This document shows, piece after piece, positions 28,688-38,575 of a stretch of DNA of 64,000 nucleotides (positions are counted from its first letter, which is position 1; each line of letters starts with the position of its first letter). This DNA is from Candidatus Nezhaarchaeota archaeon. GTDB taxonomy: Archaea > Thermoproteota > Methanomethylicia > Nezhaarchaeales > WYZ-LMO8. The DNA is taken from contig JASFYF010000001.1 of assembly GCA_030055465.1 (NCBI GenBank), forward strand, positions 894,581 to 958,580. Direction: 5' to 3'. The notes beneath the pieces are model-generated. The model saw only the letters and a program-made list of their open reading frames with translations. It was not told where the DNA came from and ran no database searches. The translations under genes and the position numbers were made by a program.

Positions 28688-28816
28688 TGGTCCCCGGGGC
28701 AGGATTTGAACCTGCGACCACTCGGTCTCGGCCGACGGGTTTTCATCGCAACGGGGACCGCCCCTCGACCCGTGCACAAGCTACAGCCGAGCGCTCTACC
28801 ACTGAGCTACCCGGGG
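28688..28816 (-). tRNA. tRNA-Tyr(GTA) with a 54-nt intron in the anticodon loop; CCA encoded
   Basis: The reverse complement folds as CCCCGGG/CCCGGGG acceptor (C1-G72), GCTC/GAGC D arm, CTCGG/CCGAG anticodon stem, loop CTGTAG[intron]A, and GCAGG-TTCAAAT-CCTGC T arm. Confidence 0.85.
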
Positions 28817-28965
28817 GGGTGGACTTCGATGTTTCCACTAGCTTCAAGCGCCCACTTAAGCTTTACTTTAACAAACAGTTTTTATCTCACTTAAGGTGAG
28901 GGAAATGGTAGGAGGGAACAGAAACGGCCTCGGAAGGCAAGCTGTTAAGCCTAGCCCTCACGTTA

Positions 28966-29205
28966 GTGGCGCTCCTAGTAGGTTTATTGTCTTCAATGCC
29001 TTTAATTCTAGCATCTCAAGCTGGTCTCCTCAACATAAATGTTCTATTTGGTATGACGGGAAGCATAAAAAATAGCCTTACCATCTTCTTCCTCTTGTGG
29101 TTTTCCCTTACGATCCTCGTTCCATCAATCATTATCGCAGCGCTTTACTTGGTTTACAGGATCTATAGCAAGAAGCTCAGCTCAAAAGACATGAGTGAGC
29201 GTTAA
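28966..29205 (+). CDS. hypothetical small membrane protein
   Basis: Two hydrophobic helices. GTG start. No homology recognised. Confidence 0.3.
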   Translation: MALLVGLLSSMPLILASQAGLLNINVLFGMTGSIKNSLTIFFLLWFSLTILVPSIIIAALYLVYRIYSKKLSSKDMSER

Positions 29206-29286
29206 AGATCCGTTGGAGAGCTTGTGGTCTTAAAGTTGTTTGTAAAGGGTGAGGCCTGTTAGCCCCAATGGAAGAGGTGCGCTTGA

Positions 29287-29378
29287 CGCCCCGGGGAGGA
29301 CTCGAACCTCCGACCTACGGGTTTCCGCCGGCTGCTGAGCTAACAGCCCGCCGCTCTGCCTAACTGAGCTACCGGGGC
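29287..29378 (-). tRNA. tRNA-Asn(GTT) with an 18-nt intron after position 36/37; CCA not encoded
   Basis: The reverse complement folds as GCCCCGG/CCGGGGC acceptor, GCTC/GAGC D arm, GCGGG/CCCGT anticodon stem, loop CTGTTA[intron]A, and GGAGG-TTCGAGT-CCTCC T arm. Confidence 0.85.
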
Positions 29379-29433
29379 TTACCGCTAGCATACTAAGGAC
29401 ACCTCATTAAAACTTTGCGGGCCTCAGCTCTTT

Positions 29434-30051
29434 TTAAAACTCCTGGGGGACCACCGGCTTAACCTTCAAGGAGCCTTCGTAGACCTTCTTAAGGTAGAAT
29501 ATCTCGGCTGAGTGCTCAACCATGCAGAGCACTTGGTAGGTATGATCAATGAACTTCGATGACGCAAAGACCCCGTGCCCCCGTACTACGACGGCCCAGC
29601 TGTCCCTTAACGCCTCCGCTACCCTGCTGGCCAGTGCAGCCGATCCGGGCCTTCCTTCAATTATTGGCACACGCCTCAAAACGTGATACCCCTCTGAGTC
29701 TGGTGGAACCAACCTATCCACGAAGTATGAGACCGCTACGGTGTATGGCGGATGCGCATGCATGACTACGAGGTTGCTGGTTCTCTTGTATACCTCTCTA
29801 TGAACTGGTGTCTCAGTGGAAGCTATGACATCCCTGCTCGAAGGCCTATCAACTGGGACTTTGACTACGTCTTCAACTCTAAGATCTTCGAGGGAGCAAG
29901 CATGCCTAGTGATCCACATGTTGTTGCCCGACCTTATGCTTAGGTTTCCGCCATGAGCTGTTACGTAACCTCTACGGGCTATCCTCGAAGCATAACCCCT
30001 AAGCACCTCGTAGACTTCTTTATCAATGCCTTCTGCAATCACAGGCGGCAC
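29434..30051 (-). CDS. class II aldolase/adducin family protein
   Basis: HGGNLSIR, H.HPPYT and VRGHG motifs of the class II aldolase family. Confidence 0.7.
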   Translation of the reverse strand: MPPVIAEGIDKEVYEVLRGYASRIARRGYVTAHGGNLSIRSGNNMWITRHACSLEDLRVEDVVKVPVDRPSSRDVIASTETPVHREVYKRTSNLVVMHAHPPYTVAVSYFVDRLVPPDSEGYHVLRRVPIIEGRPGSAALASRVAEALRDSWAVVVRGHGVFASSKFIDHTYQVLCMVEHSAEIFYLKKVYEGSLKVKPVVPQEF

Positions 30052-31883
30052 CTCAAGTTCAGCCTATCTAAAAGCTTACGTGAAGGAATGCCTTGGGAAT
30101 CCCAGTCCCTGACGGAGTAATATTCTTTAATCATATCCTGGATTGGAGGCACCCTACCAGCTATTGGTCCCTTGGTGAGGGGTGCCTGAAGTTTTGGCGG
30201 CAAAACATCGTCTCTTCCCGTAAACCCTTCTCGAATGTTGAATAGCCTGGCAATGGTCCAAATTCTTTCGCCAGCTGCGAGCAGCTCCTCTTTTGAAAAA
30301 TCAAGGCCTGTAACGGCGCTGAGCAGCGAGCTCAAGGGCTCCTCGTTGAACTCCACCGCGAAGTGCTTACATACAAGCAGCGAGTCGTAGACCGCTGCGA
30401 GGTCTTGAGTGTACTTGACAAGTGCAGGCTTCTCTAAGACCGAAAACCTGTCAACTAAGTTTGGCGTTCCTATAACCTCGAATGATATAGTCCAACTCCT
30501 TAAATGACAGGCCCCCCTATAGGATGTCGCGTAGGATAATGCCATGCCGAAAGCTCCCCGAGGATCGTAGGCTGGAACCTCTAATCCCTTTACGCTTACC
30601 GAGGCCTCTATCATGCCGTACTTCCTGGCCAGTCGAAGCGAACCTTCAGCAACATCGTTTCCAATGCCTCTCCTATAGGCGGTTTCAATTATTAGTGCTT
30701 TAACCTTCTCCGAATCGCCCCACATCAAATCTATGTTTACCTTATTTAATGTTGCCAATTCTATGAGGCAGGCTAGGGTTCCCCCCATCGATATAGTGTC
30801 AAGTCCGAGGTCGTTGCACAAGTGGTTCAACTCGATAACGTCGCCTAGATCGCTGATGCCTAACATGCTGCCTAGATTTACTATGCTTTCGTATTCCGGC
30901 CCATCACCTTTTGTCTCTCCAATCTTTGTAACCCTCTTGCATGCTATTGGACAATTATAGCAGCCTCTCCTTCCAACCACGAACTTGGTAAGCTCCTCGC
31001 CTGCCAACTTCTCTGCGCTCTCCGAGAAGCCCTCCGAGAAGTTCATCACTGGCAGGAGCCCCCAATCGTTTATTACCGTTAGCAGTGCGCTCGTGCCGAG
31101 GTTTCTGAGCGCCCCCCAAAGGTATGGATTCCACGTAATCCTGACCTTCATGTTTTCGAGCATTTCGTCAACTTTTTCGGGCTTAGCCTCTTCAACAGTT
31201 TTGGTGCCGCTTGCAACTATCGCTTTAACCTTTTTGGAGCCGAGGACTGCTCCCACGCCTCCTCTTCCAAAGGCATGTCCGTTATCATCTGCTATCGATG
31301 CCATTCTGACAAGGTTTTCACCTGCAGGTCCTATCGCCACTGCCGAGCAATTAAATCCATGCCTTTTTCTCAATTCGAGCACTGCCTCCTTTGTTTTTAA
31401 GCCCCATAGGTCCCCTGCGGGGAGCACCTCTCCGCACCCCTCGTTCAAGTATATGTAGACTGGTTTTGAGGAAGCACCTTGAATTATGAGCGCATCTAAG
31501 CCACACCTTTTAAAGTAGGTGGGGAAGACGCCTCCGCACGTGGAATCAAAAAGCGTCATAGTCAATGGAGACCTCGTGATCATTGATGCCCTTGAGGTGC
31601 CGTAGACCCTGCTGCCGGTTAACGGTCCCACAGCCAATACAACCGCGTTGTCGGGTGAAAGCGGCTCCACGCCCGGCCTCGTGTTCTCGTAAAGCCACAT
31701 GGCTCCGAAGCCCGACCCTCCAAGGTATTCCTTTAGGACAACATCTTTGACCTCCTCAACTGTTATGGTTTTCCTGCTCAAGTCGATCCGAAGGAGCTTC
31801 TTCCACCACCCTGCCACGGTGTTTCCACCCTCAAAAAGGTCATCACTGGATGCAGCGGCAATCCTACTATCGATGAGAATCAT
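30039..31883 (-). CDS. aor: aldehyde:ferredoxin oxidoreductase (tungstopterin AOR family)
   Basis: About 610 aa. N-terminal LGGSGFGA.. and the C..C..C cluster region (CYNCPIACKR) are typical of the AOR family. Confidence 0.85.
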   Translation of the reverse strand: MILIDSRIAAASSDDLFEGGNTVAGWWKKLLRIDLSRKTITVEEVKDVVLKEYLGGSGFGAMWLYENTRPGVEPLSPDNAVVLAVGPLTGSRVYGTSRASMITRSPLTMTLFDSTCGGVFPTYFKRCGLDALIIQGASSKPVYIYLNEGCGEVLPAGDLWGLKTKEAVLELRKRHGFNCSAVAIGPAGENLVRMASIADDNGHAFGRGGVGAVLGSKKVKAIVASGTKTVEEAKPEKVDEMLENMKVRITWNPYLWGALRNLGTSALLTVINDWGLLPVMNFSEGFSESAEKLAGEELTKFVVGRRGCYNCPIACKRVTKIGETKGDGPEYESIVNLGSMLGISDLGDVIELNHLCNDLGLDTISMGGTLACLIELATLNKVNIDLMWGDSEKVKALIIETAYRRGIGNDVAEGSLRLARKYGMIEASVSVKGLEVPAYDPRGAFGMALSYATSYRGACHLRSWTISFEVIGTPNLVDRFSVLEKPALVKYTQDLAAVYDSLLVCKHFAVEFNEEPLSSLLSAVTGLDFSKEELLAAGERIWTIARLFNIREGFTGRDDVLPPKLQAPLTKGPIAGRVPPIQDMIKEYYSVRDWDSQGIPSRKLLDRLNLRCRL

Positions 31884-31898
31884 ATAAAAGGGCTTTCT

Positions 31899-33065
31899 TT
31901 ATTTTTCGGCTTTGCGCTTTACGAAAAGTAACGGCAGCATTGACGATGCAGCTACTGCCGTGTTCAGGGCGAAGGTGACTTTAAGCGTGTTGTAAGCGTC
32001 GGCTACAGCCCCTGAAATCAAAGGCGAAAGTATCGAACCCAACCCCAAAAAGAAGGTCCAGAAACCTACGACTTTCCCGGCGTTTACTTCTCCAAAGTAC
32101 TCTGAGGCGCAGGAGCTGTACAGCGGCCATATGGAGCCATACGATAATCCGAAGAGAATGGCCGAAGCCACCAATGCTGGATAATCGGTTACGACGGCCA
32201 CCGCCGATGCGATCGCCGTTAAGCTGTTGCTCACAAATATCATGTCTCTCCTTTCGCCTAACCTATCGGACAACGTTGAAATACCCAGTGCGCCTGCTAC
32301 ACCCCCTAATGCCATGAGGGATATAAGCCATATGGAAGCGTGTTCGGGTAGACTCGCCTCTCTAATTGAGTAGCTTGGCAAGTAGGTGAATGGAACCAAT
32401 ATTGCGAAGCCTATGAGGAAGTAGGAGATGCCCATCAGCCATACGTTCCTGTTTAAGTATATCCTGCCGCTGCTCGGCCCCTCTCTTGTCTTCTCTATGT
32501 GCTGTCTCTCTCCGAACATTTGAGATGTAAATACAGCAATGGCGAGGCTGGTTAAGCCGAGAAGCAACCAACAAAACCTCCAACCATACCCCCCTATTAT
32601 GTAGGGGGTTACGTAGGTTGCGACGCCAAAACCTAAGCATATACCCGTAACCATAATGCCTAACGCTAGTCCCCTTCTCTTCCTCTCAAACCATCGCTGA
32701 ACAGCGGCGGAGACAGAAGTCCATGTTCCCGACGCACCTAGGCCCACCGCTCCATAGCAGATGCACGCCTCAAGCAGGTTTCTCGCAGCGCTGAGCGCAA
32801 TGGCGCTTAACCCCATTATAGCACATGATGCTATTACAACAGGTCTAGCCGTTAATTTATCGCTGAGGCCGCCCATAATTGGGGAGAAAACGGTGTAGGC
32901 GATGAAATAACTTGTGAATATGAGCCCGCCGAGCTTAAGTTCCACCAGCCCAAAATCCTCCATCATGCTTGGAAGCAGCGCTCCAAAGTCATATCTTATG
33001 GCATAAGCTATGAACATTACAGTTAAGCCCGAGATCAATACTTTAATTCTTGTTGCTTGCTTCAT
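31899..33065 (-). CDS. MFS transporter
   Basis: About 12 predicted hydrophobic helices and a GGLSDKL.ARP loop motif between TM2 and TM3. Confidence 0.7.
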   Translation of the reverse strand: MKQATRIKVLISGLTVMFIAYAIRYDFGALLPSMMEDFGLVELKLGGLIFTSYFIAYTVFSPIMGGLSDKLTARPVVIASCAIMGLSAIALSAARNLLEACICYGAVGLGASGTWTSVSAAVQRWFERKRRGLALGIMVTGICLGFGVATYVTPYIIGGYGWRFCWLLLGLTSLAIAVFTSQMFGERQHIEKTREGPSSGRIYLNRNVWLMGISYFLIGFAILVPFTYLPSYSIREASLPEHASIWLISLMALGGVAGALGISTLSDRLGERRDMIFVSNSLTAIASAVAVVTDYPALVASAILFGLSYGSIWPLYSSCASEYFGEVNAGKVVGFWTFFLGLGSILSPLISGAVADAYNTLKVTFALNTAVAASSMLPLLFVKRKAEK

Positions 33066-33262
33066 GGGCTTCTAAACGCTTATAGACATGCTTTTTATAA
33101 GTTGCTCTCGCAAGCCTTCGTCTCAAAGATGGGATCCACAGCTCCAATTTTATTTGAAGCCTGTTTTTTAAGCTGCGAACTTCATGCTCCCTTCCAGCAG
33201 CTAGGAGAAGCTATAAGCCTTCTTCAGCCATATATCATGTGGCGAACCCCGAGTTGATGTGA

Positions 33263-34132
33263 ATGGAGGTAAAGTTCCTCGCCTATGACAGCATGGGAGC
33301 AAGATCTATGGCAACCTTGGTTATCACAAAAGATATGAGGTTAATGATCGATCCGGGAGTCGCGCTAGCGCCCTCCCGTTACGGTCTACCTCCCCATCCA
33401 GTTGAGGTGGAAAAAATGAGGGAGATGTGGCTTCTTATCTCGGATAACCTTGCAGACTGCACGCATGTAATCGTAACTCATTATCATTACGATCATCATG
33501 AACCAAATGCCCCAGAGCTCTTAGTCAAGAAAAGGGTCTTGGTAAAGCATCCCAGCTGGAAGATCAACTTCAGCCAGAGGCGAAGAGCCTCCTACTTCCT
33601 GTCGAGGATAGACGAGGTCGGAGGCACCTACGAGTACGCTGATGGAATCGAAATAAGGGAGGGATCGACGTTGGTTAGAATCTCAGAGCCCGTACCTCAT
33701 GGAGTTAACACCAAGCTAGGCTACGTGATTATGGTATCGGTAGATGACGGAGATCGGAAGTTCCTCTACACCTCCGACGTTGAAGGCATGAGCATAGGGG
33801 ATCAAGTCAACGTAGTTCTACGGGAGAAACCTGAAATATTGGTAATTGATGGTCCCATGACCTACATGCTTGGCTACAGGTATTCGCATGTTGACCTCGA
33901 GAGATCAGTGAACAACATCGTTAAAGTGATGCGCGAAACCCCTCTTGAGGTCATAATATTGGAGCACCACCTGATGAGGGACCTCGACTACAAGCGAAAG
34001 ATAAATCAAGTTTTTCTGGAGGCCGAGGAGAGGGGCGTTGAGGTTTTGTCTGCCGCCGAGTTTGAAGGCAAACCAGTGGAAATGTTGGAGGCGCGTAGAA
34101 AAGACCTGTACGGGCTTGATGAAAGCGAGTAG
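33263..34132 (+). CDS. MBL-fold metallo-hydrolase
   Basis: VTHYHYDHH metal-binding motif and downstream His/Asp residues. Confidence 0.65.
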   Translation: MEVKFLAYDSMGARSMATLVITKDMRLMIDPGVALAPSRYGLPPHPVEVEKMREMWLLISDNLADCTHVIVTHYHYDHHEPNAPELLVKKRVLVKHPSWKINFSQRRRASYFLSRIDEVGGTYEYADGIEIREGSTLVRISEPVPHGVNTKLGYVIMVSVDDGDRKFLYTSDVEGMSIGDQVNVVLREKPEILVIDGPMTYMLGYRYSHVDLERSVNNIVKVMRETPLEVIILEHHLMRDLDYKRKINQVFLEAEERGVEVLSAAEFEGKPVEMLEARRKDLYGLDESE

Positions 34133-34262
34133 GGCTAGGCCCTATCATGCGTTGCCGTGGCTTTGCAAAAATTTCTTTTAGTATAGGAGGAAAAGGATGG
34201 TATTCGTAGTCCAAAAAGAATTTTTCGTTTATCTGGCGAGCTTTATTTGAGGTCTCTAGACT

Positions 34263-34886
34263 ATGTTGTGCGCTAAATGCAACGTAATGGCATGTGTAAG
34301 AGGAGGGGAACCGCCGATCAATTGCCCTATGAAGGATATGCCCACGATAGTAACTGAAGCTACCAGACTCTACTTCGATGAAAAAGAGAGGGCCATAGCG
34401 AAAATAGCGGCCGAAGTCGAGAAGGACGGGTACGCTTTTTGGCCTAGAATAAGGGAGTTTGCGGAGTTTTCGAAAAGGTTGGGCGCTAATAGGGTTGGGA
34501 TCGCTTTTTGCCTCGGCTTAAAAGATGTGGCTAGACAGATTGTGGAGTACTTGGAGGAAATGGATTTCCAGGTGTTTTCTGTTGCTTGCAAGTGCGGCGG
34601 TATTGATAAGTCGCAGGTTTTAGGTGAAGGTGCAAAGATGAAGCGCGAGGCCTTTGAGCCTATGTGCAATCCTATAGCCCAAGCTCTGATATTGAACTCG
34701 CTGAGGACAGAAGTCAACGGCGTAGTTGGACTTTGCGTTGGCCACGACTCGCTGTTCTACATGCACTCTAAAGCGCCCACCGTGACAATGGTGGTTAAAG
34801 ACAGAGTCACCGGTCACAATCCCGTAGCAGCCCTCTACGCTAAGAACTACTTCGCTCAGAGGCTCTATGGCTCTAAGCCCTCTTAA
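34263..34886 (+). CDS. Cys-rich metal-binding protein (DUF1847-like)
   Basis: N-terminal C..C..C...C pattern (CAKCNVMACVRGGEPPINCP) and further conserved Cys residues. The family assignment is from memory. Confidence 0.45.
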   Translation: MLCAKCNVMACVRGGEPPINCPMKDMPTIVTEATRLYFDEKERAIAKIAAEVEKDGYAFWPRIREFAEFSKRLGANRVGIAFCLGLKDVARQIVEYLEEMDFQVFSVACKCGGIDKSQVLGEGAKMKREAFEPMCNPIAQALILNSLRTEVNGVVGLCVGHDSLFYMHSKAPTVTMVVKDRVTGHNPVAALYAKNYFAQRLYGSKPS

Positions 34887-35541
34887 CGTAGGAGCTGTTA
34901 ATCCTTTGGAGCTTCCCTCTAATCACCATCTCTTCGAGTACCTCCTCGAAAGTAGCTGGGGAAAAGCCCACGTCGTACCATTCCCTAAACTTTTCAGATA
35001 TTTTTTTAGCGCTCAAAGACTCGTTTGGGTGCTCGTTGATTATCCTCGCTGTGAGGTTCACCATGTCCTCTGTAAAGTTCCAAGGGTACATGTACCACGT
35101 CCACTCTTTGACCTCGTCGACGTAGTAGTCCGGGATGATCATGGACGTTGAGGGTATGAGCTGCATGGTCGCAGTTTTGACCTCATCGGGTTTGCACGTC
35201 TCTGCTATGTGCTTTCTGGCAACCATGATGCTCCTGCCCGTGTCAGCTATATCGTCGACTATTAAGACCCTTTTACCGCTGAAGTTGTAGGCAAATGGAT
35301 ACTTTATGGTGGCCTCGTCTTTGTGTTTTCCAGTTTCAATCCAATGCTCAATTTTAATGCTCAGGAGGTCGACAATGTCGAGGTAGTCGCATATAAGCCT
35401 AGCAGGAGCGAAGCCACCTCTCGCCACAGCCACAACGACGTCGGGTTTAAAACCCGAGCAGCGAATTTTTTTTGCTAAGGCCTTGCACCAATCGACAACG
35501 TCGTTCCAGCTTACAACCTTAACCTTCATTTTTTGGCCCAC
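34873..35541 (-). CDS. purine phosphoribosyltransferase family protein
   Basis: PRPP-binding motif VLIVDDIADTGRS with a C-terminal extension of about 70 aa. Confidence 0.7.
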   Translation of the reverse strand: MGQKMKVKVVSWNDVVDWCKALAKKIRCSGFKPDVVVAVARGGFAPARLICDYLDIVDLLSIKIEHWIETGKHKDEATIKYPFAYNFSGKRVLIVDDIADTGRSIMVARKHIAETCKPDEVKTATMQLIPSTSMIIPDYYVDEVKEWTWYMYPWNFTEDMVNLTARIINEHPNESLSAKKISEKFREWYDVGFSPATFEEVLEEMVIRGKLQRINSSYVKRA

Positions 35542-35633
35542 AGCCCTACGCCTCCGCTTGAGCTGGTCGCTGCCTTAAATCTTAAGGCGTAAGCAATTTT
35601 AACTTTAACTATTACTCTTCTGTTGGTGTTGAT

Positions 35634-36428
35634 ATGCAAGTGGAGAAAGCCGATATAGGGATTATAGGGGGCTCGGGTCTTTACGATCTATCGTTGTTTG
35701 GGTCACCTCAAGAACTGAAGGTATATACGCCCTATGGTCCCACATCCGATTCGGTGTTTCTCGCCGAATACAAGGGTAAAAGGATAGCATTCATACCTAG
35801 ACATGGGCGAGGTCATAGGATACCACCTCACAAGATTAATTATAGAGCCAACATGTGGGCCCTTAAAGAGCTGGGCGTTAAAAGAGTCGTAGCGGTATCA
35901 GCGGTGGGTAGCTTAAGAGAGGACTACCGTCCTGGAGACATAGTTGTGGTAGATCAATTCATAGATTTCACTAAGGGAAGGGAGTACACATTCTATGACG
36001 GTAACCTTGTTTGCCACGTATCGCTTGCCGACCCCTTCTGCCCTCAGTTGAGGGATCTAGCTATAAGAATCCTTGCCGATTTAAACGTGAGCTTCCATGA
36101 TAGGGGTACTTACGTATGCATTGAGGGGCCGCGCTTCTCCACAAGGGCCGAATCAAGGCTCTTTAGGAGCTGGAACGCAGACGTCATAGGCATGACCCTG
36201 GTGCCAGAAGTCAATCTTGCTAGAGAAGCAGAAATGTGTTATCTGGCGGTAACGCTAGTTACCGACTACGACGTCTGGGCTCCCAGACATGTGACAGCAG
36301 AAGAGGTTTCGAGAGTTATGTCCGAGAACATTGATAAGGCTAAAAGGCTCCTATCGGTTTTAATACCGCAAATACCCGCTGAAGGCACTTGTAAGTGCGG
36401 AGCAGCCCTCAAGGAGGCATTGGTGTAA
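35634..36428 (+). CDS. mtnP: S-methyl-5'-thioadenosine phosphorylase
   Basis: [25 protein letters not shown] motifs. Confidence 0.85.
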   Translation: MQVEKADIGIIGGSGLYDLSLFGSPQELKVYTPYGPTSDSVFLAEYKGKRIAFIPRHGRGHRIPPHKINYRANMWALKELGVKRVVAVSAVGSLREDYRPGDIVVVDQFIDFTKGREYTFYDGNLVCHVSLADPFCPQLRDLAIRILADLNVSFHDRGTYVCIEGPRFSTRAESRLFRSWNADVIGMTLVPEVNLAREAEMCYLAVTLVTDYDVWAPRHVTAEEVSRVMSENIDKAKRLLSVLIPQIPAEGTCKCGAALKEALV

Positions 36429-37729
36429 TGAGTTACAGGGTAAAGGACATAGCCCTTGCAGAGAGGGGAAGGAGCCTCGTTGCTTGGGCTAGAGACCATA
36501 TGCCCGTGCTCTCACGAGTAAGGGAGATGTTCAGCTCTGAGAAGCCGCTCTCAGGTGCTAGGATAGGGGCTTGCCTTCACGTCACAAAGGAGACGGCAGT
36601 GCTCGTGGAAGCCCTAATGGAAGGAGGTGCCACCGTTGCTCTATGCGCATCAAACCCTCTTTCCACTCAAGACGAAGTAGCGGCTTACCTAGCCTCAATA
36701 GGAGTCCACGTGTATGCTTGGAGGGGCATGTCCTCTGAAGAGTACTATGAGGCCATAGGTAAAGTCCTCTCTAAAGCCCCCCACATAACTATTGATGACG
36801 GTGCTGACCTGGTTTCCACGCTTCATAAGTTGAAGTACGGCGAAGGCTCTCAAGAGCTAAAGATAGTTGAAAAAATAGTTGGAGGAGACCATATTCCCAA
36901 AGTCATTGGAGGAACCGAGGAGACAACTACCGGCGTTGTGAGGCTGAGGTCCCTCGCCGAGGAGGGCAAACTTCTATACCCCATAATAGCCGTTAACGAT
37001 GCGTACACTAAGTTCCTCTTCGACAATAGGTACGGAACCGGTCAAAGCACCATTGATGGAATCCTGAGAGCAACCAATACGTTGTTGTGTGGCAAGACGT
37101 TTGTTGTAGCCGGCTACGGCTGGTGTGGTAGAGGTATAGCGTTAAGGGCTCGCGGCATGGGCGCTAATGTCGTGGTAACTGAAGTAAACCCCCTCAGAGC
37201 CTTGGAAGCGGTGATGGATGGCTTCACCGTAAAGTCTATGGTCGAGGCATGTAGGGTGGGCGACATATTCGTAACCGCGACTGGAAACATTAACGTGATA
37301 AGAGGCGAGCACATCTTAAAGATGAAGGATGGAGCCATATTGGCGAACAGCGGGCACTTCAACGTCGAAATAAACCTAAACGACTTGGAGGTTATAACTA
37401 AAGAGAAGAGGGAGATAAAGGCAAACATCGCAGAACACGTCTTAATCAACGGAAAGAAAGTCTACGTGTTAGCCGAGGGTCGCCTTGTCAACCTCGTAGC
37501 CGCTGAAGGACATCCAAGCGAGGTGATGGACATGTCGTTCGCCAACCAAGCGCTATCGGTCGAGTACCTTGTAAAGAGGGGGAGAGAGCTAAGGCCGGCA
37601 GTGTATTCGGTGCCCAAAGAGATAGATGAAGAAGTTGCCAGGTTAAAGCTAGAGTCAATGAATGTTAAAATAGACGAATTAACCGAGGAGCAAAAGAAAT
37701 ATCTCGGGAGCTGGAAACTAGGAACCTGA
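36428..37729 (+). CDS. ahcY: adenosylhomocysteinase
   Basis: [20 protein letters not shown], the NAD motif GYGWCGRG, and GHF..EI. The start ATG overlaps the mtnP stop (TAATG). Confidence 0.9.
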   Translation: MSYRVKDIALAERGRSLVAWARDHMPVLSRVREMFSSEKPLSGARIGACLHVTKETAVLVEALMEGGATVALCASNPLSTQDEVAAYLASIGVHVYAWRGMSSEEYYEAIGKVLSKAPHITIDDGADLVSTLHKLKYGEGSQELKIVEKIVGGDHIPKVIGGTEETTTGVVRLRSLAEEGKLLYPIIAVNDAYTKFLFDNRYGTGQSTIDGILRATNTLLCGKTFVVAGYGWCGRGIALRARGMGANVVVTEVNPLRALEAVMDGFTVKSMVEACRVGDIFVTATGNINVIRGEHILKMKDGAILANSGHFNVEINLNDLEVITKEKREIKANIAEHVLINGKKVYVLAEGRLVNLVAAEGHPSEVMDMSFANQALSVEYLVKRGRELRPAVYSVPKEIDEEVARLKLESMNVKIDELTEEQKKYLGSWKLGT

Positions 37730-37779
37730 GCGTAAAACCTGTAGCCTAGCGTTGTAGCAAACTTGAGGAGTTGCTGTAA

Positions 37780-38211
37780 ATGGTGAGTGCTGAAGAAGGA
37801 AGAGAGGAGAAATACCTCCTATTGCTTGATAGAGCGTTAAACCTAGTACCCTCAAGGGCCTTGGCGGGAGGCCGTTTTCAAACCCCCAAAGCTAAAATCG
37901 CAGTCGTGGGCAATAGGACTATAATATCCAACTTTAAGGAGATAACCTCAACGTTGAACAGGAAACCTGAGCAGTTCTTCAACTTTTTGTTGCACGAGCT
38001 TGGGACGGCAGGAACAATGGAGGACACTAGGGCTGTACTGCATGGTAAATTCTCAAGTGACAAGATAAATGGCCTCATAGAAGTATACATAAAGCTATAC
38101 GTGATATGCCCTGTATGCAAAGGCGTAGACACAAGCCTACAGAAAGAAGGCAAGGTGCTCCTAATTCGCTGTGAAGCATGCGGCGCAATAAGCCCAGCTA
38201 GAGGGGCCTAG
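37780..38211 (+). CDS. eif2b: translation initiation factor aIF2 beta subunit
   Basis: Central domain plus a C-terminal Zn-ribbon (CPVCKGVDT..CEACGA). Confidence 0.85.
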   Translation: MVSAEEGREEKYLLLLDRALNLVPSRALAGGRFQTPKAKIAVVGNRTIISNFKEITSTLNRKPEQFFNFLLHELGTAGTMEDTRAVLHGKFSSDKINGLIEVYIKLYVICPVCKGVDTSLQKEGKVLLIRCEACGAISPARGA

Positions 38212-38212
38212 C

Positions 38213-38530
38213 GTGAAAGAAAAAAAAGATGTAGAGGTCTACGTGAAGGTCCACCACCACGGAAAGGACGTGGTCGTTGCCATATGTGATGTGAACCTCA
38301 TTGGTAAGACGTTCACGGACGGCCCCCTCAGAATAGAGGTAAGCGAGGAGTTCTACGGCGGGGAGAAGGTCAACATTCAAGAGGCAATGAACATAGCTAA
38401 GAAGGCAACCATTGCCAACTTCTTGGGAGAAGAAGCCGTCAAGCATGCTATTAAGCGTAAACTCGTACACAAGGACTGCGTGATCGAAGTCGCCTCGATT
38501 CCCCACGCACAACTCATAAAGATAGTTTAG
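38213..38530 (+). CDS. DUF424 domain protein
   Basis: VKVHHHGKDVVVAICDVNLIGK pattern. Its position after aIF2-beta is conserved in archaea. Confidence 0.55.
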   Translation: MKEKKDVEVYVKVHHHGKDVVVAICDVNLIGKTFTDGPLRIEVSEEFYGGEKVNIQEAMNIAKKATIANFLGEEAVKHAIKRKLVHKDCVIEVASIPHAQLIKIV

Positions 38531-38575
38531 TATTTATGGCTCGAACTCCTACTCTTAGCGTGGGGAAACGGCCAG

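Noticed and set aside
28684-28899. ORFs 28684-28899 and 28706-28894, and likewise 47095-47376 and 47149-47340.
   Set aside because: They run through tRNA-Tyr and tRNA-Gln respectively and translate tRNA sequence. They are spurious.
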